A stretch of 64,000 nucleotides of DNA from Blastocystis sp. Blastoise (Eukaryota > Protista > Bigyra: Opalinata), in contig JBBPEB010000017.1 in the NCBI GenBank assembly GCA_039096225.1, positions 620,001-684,000 on the forward strand, read 5' to 3'. The notes under the pieces were generated by a model. That model was not told where the DNA came from and searched no databases. It was given only the letters and a program-made list of their open reading frames with translations. Position numbers and translations under genes: made by a program. Every line of letters starts with the position of its first letter. Position 1 is the stretch's first letter. Positions 43,657 through 64,000 of the stretch are shown here, in pieces.

Positions 43657-45354
43657 CAAATTCTAATATAGAATGGAAAGTTTGGGAATTTTCAAAGAGG
43701 TATATATATAATATATATAATATATATAATATATATATAATATATATATATATTTCTAGAGAGAATAAACCTCTTCGTTTTGTTATTCAAGGAGAAGGAT
43801 ATAGATGTGTCATGAAATCACGTGCTCTTGGACCAATGTTTGATGAGAATAATGTCATAATAGCATCAACAAATGATAATAGCCAATCAAATGACGTTGA
43901 ATCTAATGAACATAATTCTGAATATAATAATAAAAAGAAACGAAAAGAAGATGAAATTATAGCAAATAGTAAAAGTTTACCTTTATTAATTATTACTTCT
44001 GAAAAGACTTTTTATATATTTAATATGGCTACAAATATATTAATGACTTTCCATTCTGTATATATATTGTTATTATTATTATTTATTCATATGTATTTTA
44101 TTTATATTTTATTTTATTTACATTTTATTTTATATATATAACTATTGTTATTTATAATGATTAATGATGGTATATACTATATAAAATAACATATTATATA
44201 GTCTGTAGCTATATATACTTTGGATATACATCCAACAGATAATTATTTTGCTACAGGAGATATATCAGGTCATATAACGTTATGGTATATGGGAGGTAAT
44301 GAAAAGAAAGGAGGGAAATCATTTCAAGTAATATTAGGAGATGAACAAGTACTTCAAGATCAATTCCATGTCAAGAAGGATATTCCTGATTATACGAAAG
44401 TTCAAATAGAATCACAAACTGTCTCCGTATGGTTATTATTCTATATTTATTTATATTTATTAGTTTTATTATGTTTATTTATATTTATTAGTTTTATTCT
44501 GTTATTACATTTATTCTATTTATTCTATTTATTATATTTATTCTTTTTATTCTATCTATTCTTTTTATTCTATCTATTCTTTTTATTATATATATTATAT
44601 ATATTCTATTTATTCTATATATTCTATTAGTATTTCTATATATTTCTATATATTCTATATATTCTATATATTTCTATATATAATAATAGTTATCTTCCAC
44701 AAGCCTTCATTGGCATTCTACTTGTGTCCATGAAGTTCGCTTCTCTCCCCGCGGGGATCTCTTATATTCTGTAGGTAATGAAGGTGTTTTAGTCTCGTGG
44801 GTATTAAAAACATTTGATCGTTCCTTCTTACCTCGTATTTGTGATGGTATAAAATATGTTACTATTAATTCTAATGGTACTAAATGTATTATTAGTGGTA
44901 TGGATAATAGTATACGTATTATTGATCTGTATCAACATAAAGTTGACAAAGTAATTCGTTCTATTGGTATTGGCGCTGTATATATATATTATTATTATTA
45001 TTATTTATATTATTTTTTTATATTATTTATATATTTATTATTCTACTTATAAATATAGTTAAATTCCAATACAGCTTGTAAATATTATATACATGGAGGT
45101 ATATTATATGATCCAAATTCAGATAATTTATGTATTCCACTTCCTGTGTCTATGCCTGTATTTCAAGTATATAATATTAAGAAAGATTTAGAAGAAGCTG
45201 AAATTGGGTCTGAAGGTCTGAATATTGTATCAAGTACCGATAATAATAGAAAAGGACAACGTACTATCGATTTCTTTAAATTTAGGTATACATATATATA
45301 TTATTATTATTATTATTCATTCAATGTTTAATATTATTTTTTTTTATTACTTTC

Positions 45355-45396
<42 letters not shown>

Positions 45397-45551
45397 TGAT
45401 GGTCAGATATTATATTTATTAGAGAAATGGAATAATGGATCTGGTATTGAAAGTAATATCTTAAAGTTTTATAATTATAAAGTGAAACAAGAAGGAGATC
45501 AACGTGTCTATTCTACACAATTATTTGCTCAAGTATATATATATATATATT

Positions 45552-45638
<87 letters not shown>

Positions 45639-46375
45639 GATTGATAATCCTCATAATGATCGTATTACTTCAATTGCTGTCCATCCCCGTGATTATATTA
45701 TAGTCACTGGATCTAAAGATGGATCTTTTAGAATATGGAAGCAGGTACCTATTAGTTCTCCTTTAAATACTAATGAAGCTGTTGTATATGGAACAGACTA
45801 TACTTATGCTTGTATCTATGAAAATACATATAGAGAAGAACCTGTATGTTATATAGTTTGTTTTTTTTTTATATTATTTATACATCTTTATGATACTTTA
45901 TTATTTCTCTATTATTATTATTTTTTTTTTTATTTAATGTATTATTTCAATTTTGTCGATATATAATATATATATATATATAGATTGGTGATTGTTCATT
46001 CAGTGTGGATGGATCCCTCTTAGCCGTTACATACGGATCATTCGTCACTCTCTGGAACACAAATGACATGACATTCGTCACTGTTTTATCTCATCCTCCT
46101 CCTTCTTATAATGTATATATATATTTAGATATATTTATATTATTTATTAATATTTATATTCTTATTATAATGATTCTATAGATACGTTATATTTCTTTCT
46201 TTAACAGTACTACTTCTCTCTTATGTTCAACAGATGATTCTCTCTATTTATATGATGTTATTACTAAACGTATTCAATGGTTCGTAAAAGGTAGTATATC
46301 ACGTGTTGCTACGAATTATAATGTTCATACACAAATACCGATGTTTGCAGCTGCTATTAATGGTATATTTATTTT

Positions 46376-46474
<99 letters not shown>

Positions 46475-47279
46475 TTTTTGTTTTGTTATTTATTACATAT
46501 TTATTATCTTTATTTATTTTATTTATTACATATTTATTATCTTTATTTATTTTATTTATTATATTATATATAATCTTTTATTTTCTAATCTATTATAATA
46601 TATTATTAAATATTTTTTTATATTTAATTATTTTATATATAGATGAGAAAGATTCTTTAGGTCATACATTAGCTTTCTTTTCTCCTTCTTCTCCTATTCC
46701 TCTATGTTCCTATAAATTAAATAGTAGAGTATTAGCTATAGAATGGGCTGGATATAAAGAAAAAGATATATTATTACCTTGTTTATATATACTTACTTCA
46801 AGAAAAGAAATTATATGTTTTAAAGATATTAATATTGATAATATATCTGCTACTACTACTACTACTACTTCAGAAGTTCCAATGTCTTTAGAAACAATAG
46901 ATTTAAGTAATGATGACGAACAAGATGTAAGTGCATATGATAAAGTATTTGGTATCGATCAAGTCGAAAAAATTAAACAACAACTAAAACAACAACAAAA
47001 TATATCACGTATATATATATATATATATATATTAGGATTATTATTTTTTTTTTATTTCCTTTTTATTATTTAAATAATAGATAAATAATAATAATATTAT
47101 TATGCAAATTATTCATATATATATATATATTTTCTTATATTTCTATAATAATGTTATTATAAATAGAACTAAATAATTCAACAAAAGATTTCCAGTCAAT
47201 TCTTTCTGTACCGTCACATACTCTTCCTACACCCTCTCTTCTATTTCAGTCTTATGCTGATAAGATCTTAAAACAGTAA
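42899..47279 (+). CDS. WDR75: WD-repeat protein 75 / U3 snoRNP t-UTP subunit UTP17 (Nan1)
   Basis: AGGSLL...YSQNEKY, TGH...LYTCSMDGTVRLWD, HPTDNYFATGDISGHI, LHWH...FSPRGDLLYSVGNEGVLVSW, FLPRI, FSVDGSLLAV and C-terminal VPSHTLPTPSLLF. Confidence 0.9.
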
Positions 47280-48021
47280 AAAAAAAAAGGAAAAATTATA
47301 ATTTTTGTTTATATATATAGATTTTATTTCGTATAAGAATTTTATAAATTATCATTTATAAATTTTGGTATTCTACAAAGAAAATCTATATACTAAATCT
47401 CTATGGATTTCATTATATTATTAATATTTTATTTTTCTATAGAAAAGAATTATCTTTATTCCTATGTTTAGCTGTTGTTATATTCTTTTATTTGTTCGTT
47501 GTATTTTTCTTTTTCGTTTTTATTTAATTTTTTTGTATTTTATCTTTTTATATGTTCTTATTTTTTTCTCATTCAGTATTTATTGTGTTCCTAATTTGAA
47601 TTCTTCTGTATTTTGTTATTTTTAGATCCTAAAAATGTAAGTAAGATTCTGAATACTATGAAACTAATGGAATGATCTGAAGCATAGTAATTCAACCATT
47701 AATCAAAACATCTGCAAATATTTATAATGCAAACTACTTAAAACTATGTTTCTACAAATATACATTATACACAACATCAGAATTCACTTTATAATTTCAT
47801 TTAAACTTTTTCCAACTCTTTTTTTTTTTTTTTGATTAAAAAAAAACTCAAAAAAAAACTTAGTAAAAAACTTTAGAAAAACAACTCCATTTGACCACAA
47901 TTTATGATTATCTAGTTTTTTGTCGATAATTTTTAAAATAACCAGGTTTTCAAAAAGATCAAATAAAACAAAAAAAACTAGTGTAGGTCTCAGATATTTT
48001 TTATTTCTCATCACAATTAAT

Positions 48022-51173
<3,152 letters not shown>

Positions 51174-52389
51174 ACTCTTTTTCGTTTTTTGCTATATTTG
51201 TTTTTTATTCTATATTTATAACATCACTCCATTTTTTTTTATTTATTTCCTTTCGTCATTAGAAAGCTTTGTTTCCTTATTCACTATTTTAATTATTCAA
51301 TTTACAATTATATTATTATAAATTCTCATGTTTTTTGTTCAATATATTCTTACCTTCACCTTTTTATTTTATCAACTATATTTTCAAATGTATATCAAGT
51401 TACAACAATAAAATATAAATAATAAAAGAATAAGTACTTTAAACACGATTATTTTCGAATTGTCAACCACAATTTTGTTTTAAATTGAAATTTCAATGAG
51501 AGATTTATCTTGTAAGTTATATTACGATATGTGAATTTATGGACACTCATTTATTATTCCTATGTATATAGTATTCTATATCTTTCTTATTTAAGTACAA
51601 AATGCTTATGAGGATACAAAAATTATGATTACCTATAATGAATATCATAGATATATATCAATCTAATTAAGGCATTGAGTAAGTTCTTTCTTTGCTCTCC
51701 AGAATGATATAATACATTAAAGAATTATAAAAGTTAAGGCGATCGTTTTACAAAGTAGTAAAACTTCTGAAATACTTTTAACATTTAAAACATCCATCTC
51801 TCTTAGAGATTTCTCTATGATATTCTTATCCGTAAACATGATATAATTGAAGGCGAATCTGAAGCATTTTGTTTTTTTTTTTTTTTTTTTTTTGTTTTTT
51901 GCTTTTTTGTTTTGCTTTTATTTTTATTTTTATATTAGTGATATCTCAATTTTAATTCAGATTATGTTCTTCATTTATCTAATATTTCTTTAGATCTCAT
52001 ATCTTAGTCATGTCAAATTATTCACCAAAATTGCTTTTCAAAGAATGGATTTTTTAATATATATTTATTTTGATTGATTCATATATGTTGGCTGTGTTAG
52101 TAGCTACTGAATTGAATAGTATTAGTATTATATATGCCATTTTTTAGCTTCTTTTTTTATGACATTATCAAGGATCTTCTTGTCAAGCACACTGATATTC
52201 TTATACATATATTTGTATATTCAGTATGATTAATAGATGCCGAATATACTCGAGATATACTTGTCAACGAAAAATAAATCAAAACCTATATATATTTATA
52301 ATTGATCGTTAATCATGTGCTTCATTTACTTTTATTTATCTCATTTTTTTTTATTCTTTTTTTTTTTTTTTTGCAACAACAACTTTACA

Positions 52390-52714
52390 ATGAGTGATGA
52401 TCAGTTTTCAGCTACTGAATTAAGAAGAAGATACCACAAAGGTGGATCTATTCCAGATTCTAACTTATCTGCATCACAATTACGAGGACGATATTGTATT
52501 CAAAAGTCTTCTGGTATATATAATTATTACATTTCATTTAATATCTTAATAGCTACATTTTATATTTATCGTTCATTTTTTCTTTAATTTATATTTACAT
52601 TATTTTTTAGAATCAACTTCAAGTTCAACGTTGAGTCCGAATTCTGCAATCATTCTTTTTCTTATCATATCTTTCGTTGTTCTTATTATTTATTTTTATT
52701 TTAAATCCAAATAA
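52390..52714 (+). CDS. Small tail-anchored membrane protein (~75 aa) with a duplicated SAxxLRxRY motif
   Basis: MSDDQFSATELRRRYHKGGSIPDSNLSASQLRGRYCIQKSS, intron 52514-52610, then ESTSSSTLSPNSAIILFLIISFVVLIIYFYFKSK*. Confidence 0.75.
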
Positions 52715-53264
52715 TTCTTCTTTTTTCGCAATTTCAAAATGTACTTTCGTTTTATAATACTTGTCCTATTTCAATTCCATTTGCTTTTACTATGAATTTT
52801 GTAACTAAATATTATTTATAAATAATAGCAGTATTACACCAAGAATACTACATTCTGATGTTTTTGTCTATAATCATTTATTTAAAGCCTTTTCATGTAT
52901 TTTTTTATTCAGACGAAATATACATTTTTGTTTACTCAACAAAAGTGTATTTAGTTGGTCACAAAACAAGATATAACCTATTAATGAACAAGATGATCCA
53001 CTTATAAATTAAAAATGTCTATAGAAAGAGTTTAAAGTGAACAAGATCGTGTTGTTTATTATAGTATACTATTAAAATATACTAGATTTTGACGATGTCA
53101 ATAATTCATAAGAAAAAAAAAGTATAAAAAGAAAATCATAAATAGTAATAATTTATTTAGTTAGAAAAACAAAATAGTCGTAAAAAAAAATCAACTATGA
53201 GAAATTTGGTTTTTGTTTTTCTTTTATATTATAAGATTATTCTTTCTGAAGCAGTCAAAAAGAA

Positions 53265-56658
<3,394 letters not shown>

Positions 56659-57542
56659 AATCGTTATTATTATTATTATATATATATATATACTTATATA
56701 TATTTATATTTCTTTTTATTAAGGAATTCATAGAGATATTCTCACTCTATATATATATATCAACTTGTTCTTATTTTCTTTATATTTTGCGTTGTTTAAT
56801 TTTATTTATTCATTTTTTTTGTGTATTTTAATATACATAGATTTGTTGCTATTTATGTTATTAATATTTATTTTTTATTTTTATTTAATGGTTGATTATA
56901 ATTATAAACATATATAAAAAAAACTATATAATTGATTTGAAGTGATATAGAAATATATATAACTATTTTCTACTTATTTTTTTCTTTATGTTATACATTC
57001 TATTCTTTGTATCATTAATTTTCATTTTTTTGTATTTTTCTTTTTTCAATATGTCTTTGATAATTATTAACAATATATATATTTACTATACATAGAAATA
57101 CAGTATTTATACAATAAATACGTTCTATACTATAATGCAGTAGTATATACATATATTTATATTGTTCTTCCATGTTCTATTCTTTATTTATTTTTTGTTG
57201 TTTTTGATCTCTTTATTAAAAAGAATTATTCTTTCATATAATGTTTTTTTTTCTTTTTTTTTCATGCACTTGGTTTTTATTCTATTTTTTTCGTTCATAA
57301 AATATGATCAAAGTTATCATAATATCACCAATTTGCCTTTATTGAATTATTTTGTTTGTTTTTTATTCTGATTTTTTTTTTTGTAAATTAATGATTCCTC
57401 TATAATATTACCACGTAGATAATCACAATATAATTCAAATATGCACATTCATTAATAATACTTCATATAAACAAATAAACAACACAAAGAATATGAATAT
57501 TTTTATATCAAAAAAAAGAGGGACACATTTTTTTTATAAACC

Positions 57543-59349
<1,807 letters not shown>

Positions 59350-59475
59350 TTTTTTAGTATCATTTAAATTATAACATATATATATTTTTTTTGTTTTGTT
59401 TATATTCTAGATATACAAATAAATCTAATGTTACATGAAGATGAGATAGTATTATTAAAAAGAAACCATAGAATC

Positions 59476-59880
59476 TCACCTCTGGGATCGTTTCGCATGA
59501 TGATATGAATAATCAGAAGGAGTATAATTATTATTATATATATTTGGTGAATCATCTTCAATATGGCGCTTTCTAGTAGAACTTTTAAATAACTCATTAT
59601 TATAGGAAATATTAAAGGAAGGTTCAACAGCACATTCATTAGAGGATCTCACAGAGACTTCATCATTATTTGATTTCACATTAAATCGATTTAATCTTTT
59701 CAACAAAACAGAATTTAAACAATCACCACGATTCATCATTTTCACATTCGTTCCAGAAACATCATTTTTATTATCATTTAATGCATTATTCTGTTTGATA
59801 CAGTGGTTATACATATTTTGTGCCATTTGATATCTCGAAACACCGGAATTTGATGGAGTACTATGCGAATCTTTATTCAT
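59476..59880 (-). CDS. Hypothetical 134-aa protein, single exon, with basic NLS-like motifs
   Basis: ATG-to-stop ORF with exon-like composition; motifs RKRH and AKRSQR; no family recognised. Confidence 0.6.
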   Translation of the reverse strand: MNKDSHSTPSNSGVSRYQMAQNMYNHCIKQNNALNDNKNDVSGTNVKMMNRGDCLNSVLLKRLNRFNVKSNNDEVSVRSSNECAVEPSFNISYNNELFKSSTRKRHIEDDSPNIYNNNYTPSDYSYHHAKRSQR

Positions 59881-60788
59881 TTTTAATATGAAGGCTTAAT
59901 AATAGTATCAATCGCCTAAGTATAAGTTTTTCTGCTTTATTCCTAACGGTATAAGAAGTTTATTCGCAACAAATAATTAAATGCCACAAATGATTATCGA
60001 ATAATGTACTAATTGACAAACAGAGATGTAGACTCTATAATTAGAACTTCAATAAGCAATATAATTTAAATAAACAAATCTATTTAATCACTATTTATTG
60101 AATTCAACAAAACTGTACTTTTCTTCATAAGAAAGAATATTCTAGTAAATATGGTAAAATAAATATTTAACTCCATATATGACTCTTATGTACTAAAATA
60201 TCTTAAATGGTACTCTGAATAATATAATAACAACATAATTTGTGAACAACAATAATGATTATAAAGAAAAATTTTCAAAAACAGCTTCAAATCTATATAA
60301 TAGCCTTGAGTCATTATCTCTACATGAAATCAGTGTAAGAATAAAGAGAAAACGTAAAAATATTCTTTTGCATAAAAGAGTAACTAAGTTATCGTATGTA
60401 GTTGTATTGGTTATCATGAGAATTGTGTTTATTGCAATTCAATTTGTTAAGAAACAGTCCAATCCATCATATCTAATGAAAAAGACTAAGCTTTTAATAG
60501 AATTATTTATATGTATCTATCTGTTCACTCTCGATATTCAGCACATAGTCATCCTTATTTAAAATGAAATAAATCAATGATAAATAAAAGATCCTAATCA
60601 TAATGACAATCACTAAGGTGTATCTAATCAAATCAGTTCTTACTGATTTTCTCTGAATCATGATTATTTAGATTTTATTCCATAATTATCATGAAGTCTT
60701 CGATGTTTGAACATTTATTTTTCTGTTTTTCTATTTTTGTTTTCAAGTTCATATCTTAAGATTTATTTTTAATAGATAGAAAGTGAGT

Positions 60789-64000
<3,212 letters not shown>

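Noticed and set aside
60242-60562. 106-aa GTG-start ORF and a Cys-containing frame with stops
   Set aside because: No ATG or splice model and no recognisable family; at most a decayed relic.

Overview
This is very AT-rich, intron-rich eukaryotic nuclear DNA, probably from an anaerobic stramenopile of the Blastocystis/Opalinata type. That taxon call is an inference from a Blastocystis-style He_PIG surface protein, complex I subunit NDUFB8 and TGTTTGTT-like 3' elements. Hand-splicing gives about 18 protein-coding genes, almost all with GT-AG introns (typically GTATAT...ATATAG) filled with microsatellites. In order: a 3'-truncated Piezo-like channel, an intronless TMEM164/YwaF-like membrane protein, a GT61 glycosyltransferase, RPL7, MCMBP, RRP12, a hidden 62-aa secreted peptide, eIF3h, a ~1900-aa surface protein, a CULT/Yippee + MRH (OS-9-like) ER protein, NDUFB8, a hidden MED22-like gene, WDR75/UTP17, a TSG101-type UEV-proline-rich-kinase fusion, a small tail-anchored protein, UPF1, MRNIP, an orphan ORF and a 3'-truncated F-BAR protein. 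Most long I/Y/L/F-rich ORFs in the track are translations of intronic microsatellites. The most striking unexplained signal is a GC-rich, CpG-containing palindrome, TTCCC(C)RYGGG(G)AA, with its half-sites. It occurs about 20 times inside exons of unrelated genes, in all three frames and against the AT-biased codon usage. Other highlights are an apparent TT-AG intron in WDR75 and two unusual domain architectures. All gene models and family calls come from reading the sequence and remembered family motifs; no searches were run.
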